A stretch of DNA of 41,197 nt from Chiloscyllium plagiosum (taxonomy: Eukaryota): NCBI RefSeq assembly GCF_004010195.1, contig NC_057752.1:11616915-11658111 (forward strand), in the 5' to 3' direction. Shown here piece after piece: positions 22,725 to 33,699 of the stretch (its first letter is position 1; every line of letters starts with the position of its first letter). The position numbers were made by a program, and so were the translations under genes. The notes beneath the pieces are model-generated. The model searched no databases. It was not told the origin of the DNA and saw only the letters and a list, made by a program, of their open reading frames with translations.

Positions 22725-25490
22725 GCAGATACATGCGTGGACGAACATCTGGCCCTTCGAGCCTGCTCTGCCATTCAATAACATTATGGCTAATCTTTTC
22801 GTGGACACAGCTCCACTTACCCATCCTCTCACCGCACCCCTTAAATCCTTTATTTTTCAAAAAGAAAATCGACCATAACTTTAAAAATGTTTACAGAAGT
22901 AACGCCAACTACTTCCCTGGGCAAGGAATGCCAGAAATGTACCACCCTCTGGGTGAAGAAGTTCCTTCTCAATTCAGTCCTAAATTTGCTCCCTTTAATC
23001 TTGAGGCTATTCCCACTTTTCCTAGCTTCAGTGGAAACATCCTCTCTGCTTCTATCCTATCTATTCTCTTCATAATTGTATATGTCTCTAAATGGTCCCC
23101 CCTCACTCTTCTGAATTCCAATGAATATATTCCCAATCTCCTCAGTCTCTCCTCAAAAACCAACCCCCTCAACTCCAGAATCAACCACCTCTTCACCCCC
23201 TCCAGTGCCAGAACATCCTTTCTCAAGTCAGGACACCAAAACTGCACACAGTACTTCAGGTGTGGCCTCACCAGAACCTTGTACAACTACAACACATCTC
23301 TCTGCTTTTAAACTCAATCCCTTTAGTGATGAAGGAAAACATTCCATTTGCCTTCTTAATCACTTGTTGCACCTGCAGACCAACCCTCTGTGATTCATGC
23401 ACAAAGACTCCCAGGTCCCCCTGCACAGCAGCATGCTGCAGCTTTTTCCTATTCAAGTAATAACTTTTTTTGCTGTTACTCCTATCCAAAATGGATGACT
23501 TCACATTTATTAACATTATATTCCATCTGCCAGACTGTTGCCCACTTAGTCAATGCATCATTGTTCCTCTTCAAAGTTTCACAGTCCTCTGCACACTTTG
23601 CTCTGCCACTCACCTTTGTGTCATCTGTAAACTTTGGCACCCTACACGTGGTCCCCAACTCCAAATCATCGATATAATTTGTAAATAATTGCAGTCCCAA
23701 CACCGATCCCTGAGGCACACCACTAGTCGCTGATTGGCAGCCAGAATATTTATTCATTTATTCCCAATCTTTGCTTATTGGTCGTCAAGAAATCCTCTAT
23801 CCATGCTAACATTTTAACCCTGACGCCATGCATACTTATCTTATGCAGCAGCCTCTTGTGCGGCCACTTGTTGAAGGCCATTTGTTCCATCCAGGTACCC
23901 CATAACTACTGGATCTCCATTGTCCACCTTGCTCGAAATGTCTTCATAGAATTCCAAAAGATTTGTCAAGTGTGACCTGCCCTTCATGAACTCATGCTGC
24001 GTCTGTCCAATGGGACAATTTCTATTGAGATGCCCTTTGATTTCTTCCTTGATAACAGACTCAAGCATCTTCCCCACAACAGAGGTTAAGCTAACCCAAC
24101 TATATTCCCCATCTTTCATCTATTCATCATATCCTATAACAAAATACCCCTTCTCATCCTCTAAAGGACTAACATTTACTTCCACCACTCTTTATCGTTT
24201 TATAGATTTACAGAAACTTTTGCTATTTGTCTTTATATTCTGTGCTCGTTTTTGTTCTAATTTTCGGTGTTACTTTTCTTTACAGCACTTTTTGTGGCTT
24301 TGTGTTGAGTTTTAAAGTTTTCCCAATCTTCTAGTTTCATGCTTTTCTTGACCACTTTGTATGCCTTCTCTTTCAACCTTACTTCCTTAGATACCCATGG
24401 CAGATTATCCCTTTTCTTCCAGTCCTTCCCTTTCACTGGAACATACGTTTGCTGAGTACTTTGAAAAATGGCTTTGAAAGACTTCCACTGCTCGTCAACT
24501 GACCACCATAAATCTTTGTTTCCAGTCCACTTTAGCCAGGTCCTCCCTCATTCTGTTGTGGTCCCCCTTGTTCAAGCACAGGACCCTGGTATTGGATTTT
24601 ATCTTCACACTCTCCATCTGTATACTAAATTCAACCACACTGTTGATCACTCCTTCCAAGAGGATCCCTAACTATTAGGCTATTAGTTATTCCTGTCTCA
24701 TTACACAGGACCAGATCTAGGAAAGCTTTATCCCTCATCGGTGGCATTACCTACTGTTCAAGAAAACTATCATGGATACACTCAACGAACTCCTCTTCAA
24801 GGCTACCCTGACCGAGCTGGTTCGACCAACCTACATGTAGATTAAAATCTCCCATAATAGCCGTACCATTTTTACAAGGCATTACTTATTTCTTGGTTTA
24901 TCGCCCACCCCAATTCTGCCTTGAACTTAAACCATCCTGCACACATGCTAACGTGCTGCTTACCTTTTTATTTATCATCCTTATTCCTTCCTGTCGTTTT
25001 CCCTTCCCTTCTCCTTGACTCACAAATTTAAAGTCCTAGTGACCACTCTATTTATCCTTTTCGCTTGAACACTGGTTCCAGATCGGTTCAGGTGCAGAGC
25101 GTCCCATCAGTACAGATCCCCTGGTTCCAAAACTGCTGCCAATGTCCCATGAAAGGGAACCCCTCTTCCCCACACCATTCCATGAGCCACGTGTTCACTT
25201 CCCGAATTTCCTTATCCCTAAGCCAACTTGCACGTGGCTGGAGCAAATTGCTTGATAATCCCCATTGCCTATGTTGTTAGTCCCAATGTGAATCACAACA
25301 ACTGGATTCCACCCACCCTCCCACTCCAATAACCTTTCAAGCCGGTCCTGCATCCTGGCACCAGGCAGACAACACACCATGCGGGACTCCCAATCTAACT
25401 TGCACCTATCCTCCTAATGGTAGGATGCCCCATAATTACCATTTGTCTTTTTGCTCCCTCCTCTTGAATGGCCTTCTGCACTTGTGCTGC
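22725..25490 (-). mobile_element. Degenerate CR1 LINE with deletions (ORF1 esterase to ORF2 3' end)
   Basis: VRPHLKYCVQFW, SGVPQGSVLG..FT.YIDDL..FTDDTK and QHEFMKGRSHLTNLLEF. ORF1 SGNH-esterase motifs VCCLPGA and VVIHIGTNNIG at 25195-25380. Confidence 0.92.
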
Positions 25491-25492
25491 TG

Positions 25493-25830
25493 TCATAGAG
25501 TATCACAGAATCCCTACAATGTGGAAACAAGCCATTTGCCCAACAAGTCCACACCAACACTTTGAAGAGTATCCCATGCAGACTCATTCCCCTACCCCTA
25601 TTACTCTCCATTTCCCCTGACTAATGCACCTAAGCCGAAGGATGCCTGGACACTATGGACAACTCAGCATCTTCAATTCACCCTGATCCACACATCTTTG
25701 GACTGTGGGAGGAAACTGGAGCACCCAGGGGAAAGCCACGCAGACACGGGGAGAATGTGCACAGTTACCCGAGCCTGGAATCGGTCCCTGGCGCTGTGAG
25801 GCAGCGGTGCTAACCACTGAGCCACAGTGG
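25493..25830 (-). mobile_element. HE1 V-SINE
   Basis: Reverse complement shows GTGGCTCAGTGGTTAGCACCGCTGCCTCACAGCGCCAGGGAC, a V-domain and the CR1-type tail. Confidence 0.92.
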
Positions 25831-26768
25831 GCAGGAAAATAAGGGAGGTGGGTTCAACTCTGGCCAGCTGGCTCATCCTCTCTACAGTCCATGCGTTTGT
25901 TACAGGGAACTGAATTAACTGATTTGGCCACCACGTGGAACACTGAACCAAGTGAAGATGTTAAACAGGCTCCCTCGAAAGATCAGTCGAATGTCAAGAA
26001 TGTCTGGCGTGCTCTTCGGATACTGATGTAAGTGTGCAAAAGGGATTGTTGTATCTGAAGTAACTGACATACTGGAATGCATAGTGAAAATGCACTGAAG
26101 AATAGAACACCGATGTGTGCGCCTACTCGATAAAATGATTATTGTATCTTGGAAGGTCACAAAAATAATGTTTAAATGATAAGGCACTGGCATATAACAC
26201 ACAGAGATACTGAATGTTGGTTTTGGTGGGAAGGAGATAAAAATTACAATTTGAGAGAAAGAGGAGAAAATATTGTAGGAATATCCGCAAGATGGGGGAA
26301 AGTGAAGGAAGAGCTGGAGAAGGTTTGAATTCCATGTATAATTTGCTCACATGTATAATCAGCTTGCAACTATTGAACAACATGTATGTGCTCAAGGGAG
26401 GCCTTAATAATCTGTGTTGAGGATCTCTGGGGTGGAATGGGATCCTTACAAAATGCTGTTGTCAAACCAGACAATTAAGGGTTAATTGATAAGGGATAAT
26501 GGACATGGCAATTAGGAATTGTGACCAAGTGGAAGATTACTGGCCTAGTACAAAAACAATTGATTTTGGCTGTTGTGGAACTGCACATCCTTGACTGCAT
26601 TTCAGAACCATTCTTTTATCCAGTTGACAATGGGTCACCTGGACGATGTTCCCAGCTGATTGTCTGTACAATGGAATTTCTGGAAAAGGACTGAAATGGT
26701 GCTGCAGTACGTAACCAGAATAGCATTAATGTCAGGGACTCTGTCACTCTTGTCGGATTTCACCTTGG

Positions 26769-26921
26769 TTTTGGATCAGTGGTGCTGGAAGAGCACAGCA
26801 ATTCAGGCAGCATCCGAAAAGCTTCGAAGCTTTTCGGATGCTGCCTGAATTGCTGTGCTCTTCCAGCACCACTGATCCAGAATCTGGTTTCCAGCATCTG
26901 CAGTCATTGTTTTTACCTCGT
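26769..26921 (+). mobile_element. Penelope-like fold-back insert forming a perfect 108-bp palindrome (26772-26879), 14-bp TSD
   Basis: 54-bp arms with zero spacer, centred between 26825 and 26826. The tail TCTGGTTTCCAGCATCTGCAGTCATTGTTTTTACCT is identical to that at about 36684-36719. GGATTTCACCTTGG at 26755-26768 and 26922-26935. Confidence 0.93.
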
Positions 26922-27811
26922 GGATTTCACCTTGGACCAGGATTGAGAATGATGCCAGGAACCCCGAGGCCCCCACACCAGCAGTCAGAAAGTAGGGTTC
27001 CCCACATGCAGGGGTCAAGGAGACTTGTTGTTAACCATGCCAAAAGTAGTTTCAGCTAATAGATTCACTCATTAGCTTGGGTATGTCTCGAATGTATATT
27101 AAATGGATTAAGCTAATAAATCTGATTTATATCAAAAAGCACATGTTTTCTTGTAATAATTTGATCAACCTAAAGGAACCTGAAAGGGATTTTCATCCTA
27201 ACAATAGACTGACAAGTAGTACGTTGGAATAAAGGGAAATCTACCAGATTTCTTGTACATGAATCTATCAACAAACGTTTGACTCATTGCTAAAAATGGT
27301 CGACAAGTGATTTTAAAAAATCCCTGAATGATGTGCAATTACCAACAAGGATTGGCTCGTTAACGTGGCTTGGGAGTTGTGGGTGGAGTTAAAAGTAATG
27401 GTGAGTAAAGCTGATCGACAGGGGGTAAGATCATAACATGTGACATGTGAAGGACAGACACTCAAGTCAGAGAGTGAGTCTATTGGGGTAGTGAGTATTT
27501 CTTTGAATGTCAGGCACTTTGCAACAGAAAAGGAAATAGAATACGTTGCAGCCGGTGGAGCAGAGGGTCTACTCCAACGTTACACTTCTCCAGCTTTAGA
27601 CACACAATGCCTCACTGGAATATTAAAGCACTGACCTGCTTCCAGTGAGCAGGCCGCTACATCCCTCTGACAGATACCTGTTCAATCTGATCTGAACACC
27701 TTGCAGACCTGTTGAAGTCATGGCTGATTTTTTTTTTCAATGGTCTGTCCTCAGAAACTGTGAATGATTTTTCTGTAATTACTAATCTCCTTTCTCTTCA
27801 CTCTCTCACAG

Positions 27812-28701
27812 TGAATTTACTAGCACTTGTGATTTTATTCAGAGGAAAATGTGGGATATCCCCATGCACCACCTGTTACCTGATCGCCATGGCAGCAGCA
27901 GATCTACTGTACATTATCCTTGAGGTCATACTGTACCGGATCAATAATTATTATTTCCCTCTGAATTTCTTGGATGTGACGACTGTCTGCAGAGTTCACT
28001 ACACCCTGCGCCGTGCTGCCACCGATTGTTCTGTCTGGTTCACCGTAACTTTTACCTTTGATCGATTTGTTGCCATTTGTTGCCAGAAGTTGAAAATGAA
28101 ATATTGCACCAAGAAAACTGCGACAGTGGTTCTAGCAACAACAGGCATTCTGCTCTGTTTCAAAAACATTCCCACCTACTTCAGGTACGAAGCTAAACGA
28201 ATCATTAACAATGTCGAGTGGTACTGCACCAATACTGAAGCATATTATAGTGATCCCATATGGAGAGGATTCAATAGGTTTGAAAAGGTCTTAACTCCAA
28301 TGCTCCCATTTGCTTTAATTCTGTTGATCAACACTCTGACAGTCAGGTACATTTTAGTGGCCAGTCGGGCCCGTAAGAGATTGAGAGATCAGAGCAAGGG
28401 GCAGAATCATTGTGACCTAGAGATGGAGAGCAGAAGAAAGTCTATCATTTTACTCTTTTTTATATCCAGTAGTTTCATCCTTTTATGGATGTGGTACCTT
28501 TTGAAATATTTTAATACCTTAGATCCATTATTAGAAGAAAATTCTGAATATATATTCCGATACGTCGCAAATATGCTCCGGGATATAAATTGCTGCACAA
28601 ACACACTTATTTATGTGGCAACACTGTCCAAGTTCAGAGAAAACTTTACAAATGCATTGATGTTTCCTTTTAAGCGAATTATTCATTGTAAGCATCAATA
28701 A
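27812..28701 (+). CDS. GPR139/GPR142-like class A GPCR, exon 2 (spliced product 318 aa, apparently intact)
   Basis: Branch-like CTAAT at about 27782, pyrimidine tract and acceptor CACAG| at 27811. Open frame with seven-TM motifs YLIAMAAADL, SVWFTVTFTFDRFVAIC, TM3/ECL2 Cys pair, LPFALILLIN and CTNTLIY..SKFR. No specific orthologue symbol can be assigned. Confidence 0.93.
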
Positions 28702-30270
28702 AACAAATGGTAATGTCACACCATGCAAAGGGGAATGCATAACAGTGATTGCTAGATGAATGGAGGAAAAGAAAGTTTCTGTTGCAGAACATCTGTCCAC
28801 TATTAGTGATGACGATAAATGCACACAAAGCATTTATACAAGGAAGTCATTAACCATTGCGTTTAAGACACACCAGAGACTACTGCATCAAAAACAACGG
28901 ATGAACATGAAGGAATGGGAACAACCAGTGTTGCAAAGTCTCCTGAGGAGCAGAAGAAGGCAGAATTCACAGAAATTGTTCTCACTACATTGGTTTGATT
29001 CTTAGCTGCTCACATCATGAAGAATATCTAATTCTGTGAAAAGAAAATGCTGTGCGTGGTGGAAATTTTCATGTGCCAATCTATGACTAAACTTTAAGGA
29101 GGATTATCATGGTATACTATCTTCTTATTAATACAAATTACAAACACTGGAGAACAGTGAGTAGTGACTGACCTTGACAAAAAGAGATATTTTACAATTT
29201 GCAGCATAAAAAGCCATTGCAAAACTGGAGTCAATGTGAATCAGGGGGCAATCTTTCCTCTGTTTGAAGGATCATGGAAGACAATGGAAGATAGTTGTTG
29301 TTGTTTGGGGATGGGTAACTCAGTTCCAGGACATCTCTGCAGGATTTCCTTCATGTAGTATCCCAGGCCCAACCATTTTACACTGTGTCCACCACAATAT
29401 CAAAGGGAAGGATGTTCACTGATGATGCACAACATTCAGCAAAACTGATTAAGAAAGTCTGATATGGGGCAATTCTGTGAAGAGACAGAGACCATTTAGA
29501 ATAACAAGGAGACAATCGGTAGAGAAGTGAAATGTATACTTCGTTTCTGTCTCAACACAGGAGGTCTCCCTGAAATAAGCAAGATTCAATGATCCAGTGA
29601 AAGTGTGGAACTGACAGAAATTTGATATTGAAGAGAAGATGCATTGTAAAAAATAATGATGCTGAAAATTACTACATTGAGGGGTCCGCTGGCCTTTGTC
29701 TGAGACCGTTGAAAATAATGTTGATAAAGGTAGCGAATGAGATTAATATCTCAACGCAGACTGCTGTTTGGTATTTTGAAAACGCAACATCATTCTTTAA
29801 AAAAGGAGAGAGTAAGAACATTTCCAATGCAGATCTATAAACCTGACATCAGTAGTCGGGAATATAACGAACTTATTTGAAGGCAAGTGATTATTTGACA
29901 GGTGGAAACAGATTCTCTACTTCAGCAGAGGCAGCACGGAATTGTGAAGGGGAGAGAACTGAGAGGATTTCCTGAAGATGTTACTGGCAGAGTTGATGTG
30001 GTGAAGCAGTGTATGTGGTGTATTTGGAATATGAGAAGGATTTTGATAATGTGCCTCATGGGAAACAATATGAATGTGCATGGGATTACGGGTAATATAC
30101 CACCATACATGAAGGATATTGTCACAGACATGATTGGAACATTGAACTGGGAATCAAGACACACTCGAAAACAAGTCATCTCAAAAATGAAATACTTACA
30201 GATGGTCAACATCTCACTGATCTCCATCGAAGATTAAAAAAAGCATCAGTTCCCATAGTGACTGTTAAAA
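28604..30270 (+). repeat. Right copy of the local segmental duplication
   Basis: Collinear similarity to 12864-15298, lacking the HE1 and Tx1 insertions of the left copy. Confidence 0.9.
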
Positions 30271-30271
30271 T

Positions 30272-32645
30272 CATTCATTCACTGCAGCCCTCCCTTTGTG
30301 ACTTCATACATTCATTGCAGCCCTCGTTATCTCAGTATCATTCACTCAGTGCAGCCCTACCTATCTCTGGAACATTATTCACTCACTACATCCCTCCCTA
30401 TCTCTGTAACATCACTCACTCACTGCATCCCTCCCTATCTCTGTAACATCATTCACTCCTGTACATCATTCACTCACTGCAGTCCTCCCTATCTCTGTAA
30501 TGTCACTCACTCACTGCAGCCCTCCCTATCTCTGTAACATCATTCACTCACTGCAGCCCTCCCTATCTCTGCAACATCATTCACTCACTGCAGCCCTCCC
30601 TATCTCTGTAACATCATTCACTCACTGCAGCCCTCCCTGTCTCTGCAACATCATTCACTCACTGCAGCCCTCCCTATCTCTGTAACATCATTCATTCACT
30701 GCAGCCCTCCCTATCTCTGCAACATCATTCACTCACTGCAGCCCTCTCTATCTCTGTGACATCACTCACTCACTGCAGCCTTCCTATATCTGTAAAATCA
30801 TTCACTCACTGCAGCCCACCCTATCTCTGTCACATCATTCAGTCACTGAAGCGCTACTTTTCTCTTAAATATCATTCACTCACTGCAGCATTTCCATATT
30901 TCTGTAACATGATCCAGTCACTGCATCACTCCTTATCTCTGTAACATCATTCAGTCAATGCAGCCCTCCCTATATGAGTAACATCATTCACACACTGTAG
31001 CGCTCCCTATCTCTGTAACATCATTTGCTCACTGCAGTGCTGCTTATCTCTGTGCCATCATTCAGTCACTGCAGCCCTGCCTATCTCTGTACTATCATTT
31101 AGTAACTGCAGCGCTCCCTATCTCTGTTCCATCATTCAGTCACTGCAGCATTTCTTTTCTCTATAACATCATTTAGTCAATGCAGCGCTTCCTATATCTG
31201 TGACATCAGTCACTCACTACAGCCGCCCCTATCTACATAGCAGCATTCAGTCACTGCAGCACTCCTTATCTCTGCACCATCATTCACTCACTGCCGCCCT
31301 CTCTATATCTGTAACATCATTCGCTCACTACAGCGTTCTGTATCTCTATACCATCATTCAGGCACTGCAGCCCTCCCTATCTCTGTAAAATCATTCAGTC
31401 ACTGCAGCAATCCCTATCATTGTAACATTATTCAGTCGCTGCATCCCTCCCTATCTCTGCAACATCATTCACTCACTGCAACCCTCCCTAATTCTGTAAT
31501 ATCATTCACTCACTGCAGCCCTCCCTGTCTCTGTGACATCATTCACTCACTGCAGTCCTCCCTATCTCTGTTACATCATTCAATCAGTGCAGGCCTCCCT
31601 AACTCTGTAACATCATTCACTCACTGCAGCACTCCTTGTCTGTGTAACATCATTCAGTCGCTGAAGCTCTCCCTATCTCTGTAACATCATTCACTCACTG
31701 CTATCCTCCGTAATTCTGTAACATCATTCACTCACTGCAGCTGTCCCTATCTACATAGCATCATTCAGTCACTGCGGCACTCCTTATCTCTGCAACATCA
31801 TTCACTCCCTCCAGCCCTCCCTAATTCTGCAATATCATTCACTTATTGCATCCCTCCCTATCTCTGTAATATCATTCACTCACTGCAATCCTCCCTATCT
31901 CTGCAACATAATTCACTCACTGCAGTCTCCCTGTCTCTGTGACATTATTCACTCACTGCAGTCCTCCCTAATTCTGTAACCACATTCAGTCACTGCAGCA
32001 CTCCCTGTCTGTGTAACATCATTCACTCACTGCAGTACTCCCTTACTCTCTAACATTATTCTGTCACTGCAGGACTCACTAATGCTGTCCCATCACTCCA
32101 TCCCTCCCTGCCTCTGTAGCATCATTCACTTACTGCGTCCCTCCCAACCTCTGTAACATCATTCATTCACTGCAGTTCTCCATGTCTCTGTCGCATCATT
32201 CACTCACTACAGAGCTCCCTATCTCAGCAACATCATTCAGTCACTGCCGCCCTCCCTATCTCTATAACATCATTCAAACAATACAACTCTCAGTATCTCT
32301 GTAGCATCATTCACTCACCATAGTGCTGCCGATCTCTGTACCATCTTTCAGTCACGGCAGACCTCCCCATCTCTGTAATATCATTCAGACACTGCAGCCC
32401 TCCTTATCTCTGTAATATCATTCAGTCACTGCATCGCTCCCTATATCTGTACCATCATTCAGTCATCACAACCCTCCCTATCTTTGTACCATCAATTAGT
32501 CACTGCAGCCCTCCCTAACTCTGTAACATTATTCAGTCACAGCAGTATTCCAGCCCTTCCTAACTCTGTAATATTAATCATTCACTGCAGTCCTCCCTAT
32601 CTCTGTTACATCATTCACTCACTGCAACCCTCCCAGTCTCTGTAG
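30272..32645. repeat. 37-bp minisatellite, about 64 copies (CATTCACTCACTGCAGCCCTCCCTATCTCTGTAACAT)
   Basis: Unit starts at 30541 and 30578 and continues in phase. Near-perfect units at about 30500-30750, with more diverged units elsewhere. Confidence 0.97.
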
Positions 32646-33039
32646 CCATGATGTGGAGGTGTCACCACTGAAGTTTTGTTTTATCTCTGTAACATCCCCC
32701 CAACCCCCCTCCCCCCTGAGATACTGGACTTTTTTATGTTTCCTGCCTCGTCCTTCTGCACCTACGACATTCCCTTGCTCTTGATAACCACTGAAACTCT
32801 CCCGATCGAGGAAAACCTCTCCACGCCTTCCAGCCCAAGAGGAATTGGCCATAACAGTCCACATGAGCTCCCACATTCTCTTGCTCTGTTTAAAATGAAA
32901 GTGATCAAGAAACGATACCTGGTGTTATTGAGTGATGATTTTAAACTTATCCTCTGAGCTCCTTGCTCTGTCCACTTTTAATATGAATAACTGAAATGGA
33001 TATTATCCCTAAGCACCAGCTCAGGGTATAGGAGGAGGG

Positions 33040-33690
33040 CATTCGAAGGATAATGGTTGAATGTGATATTGATTTCACTTTCCTCATCCAAGTCATTTAT
33101 TAATTGTAAATAACTGCGTCCCCAGCACCAATCCCTGTGGCACTCCACTAACTCCAGCTTGCTATCCTGAAACTGCCCCGCCTTATCTCAACTTTCTATC
33201 TTTGATTAGTTAGTCAAATTATCCACTCTAATATGTGTCCAAAACCGTGGTCCCGTGTTTTATTAAGGAGTCTAAAATTTTCAAACGACTTCTGAAAATC
33301 CAAAAACATTGCATCGACCTTTCCCCAGTTTGTTACTTCCTCAAAGATTCAGAAAGTCACGGATTCATACAGCACAGAAAAAGACCCTTTGATCCAACTC
33401 ATCCATGATGGTGACATTTCCCAAGCTAAACATATCCTATTTGCCTGCATGTGTCCCAAATCCATCTAAGCTTTTCCTATCCATGTCCCTGTCCAAATGT
33501 CTTTTAAATGGTGTAAATATGCTCACATCTATCACTTCCTCTGGCAACTTGTTCCATACACACAACGCCTTCTATCTGAAAAAGGTTGCCCCTCAGATCC
33601 CTTACAAATCTTTTTCCTCCCACTTTAAATAAGTGCTCTTTAGTTTTTGGAATCCCCTACCCTGGGGGAAAGCACTTGGCTATTCATAGA
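33040..33690 (-). mobile_element. Two adjacent CR1 fragments (RT piece and a 3' end)
   Basis: Reverse complement GGAGTGCCACAGGGATTGGTGCTGGG (GVPQG) at about 33120-33146. A CR1 3' UTR start (ACAGCACAGAAAAAGACCCTT) at about 33369. Confidence 0.8.
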
Positions 33691-33699
33691 GTATATAAC

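Noticed and set aside
22733..23311. 192-aa + strand ORF as a novel gene
   Set aside because: It is the antisense frame of CR1 ORF2 and its 3' UTR. Similar antisense ORFs occur over the other CR1 copies.
26660..27018. Two opposite-strand ORFs with the same C-terminal peptide
   Set aside because: A direct consequence of the DNA palindrome, not evidence of coding.
27712..27811. N-terminal 33 aa of the 329-aa ORF as a single-exon gene start
   Set aside because: It starts at TTG, runs through a branch point and pyrimidine tract ending in CAG, and lacks the first half of TM1, which exon 1 supplies.
30272..32645. CRISPR-like array or repetitive protein ORFs
   Set aside because: Units are contiguous with no unique spacers, there are no cas genes and the context is vertebrate. 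The ORFs are short by-products of a 37-bp unit.
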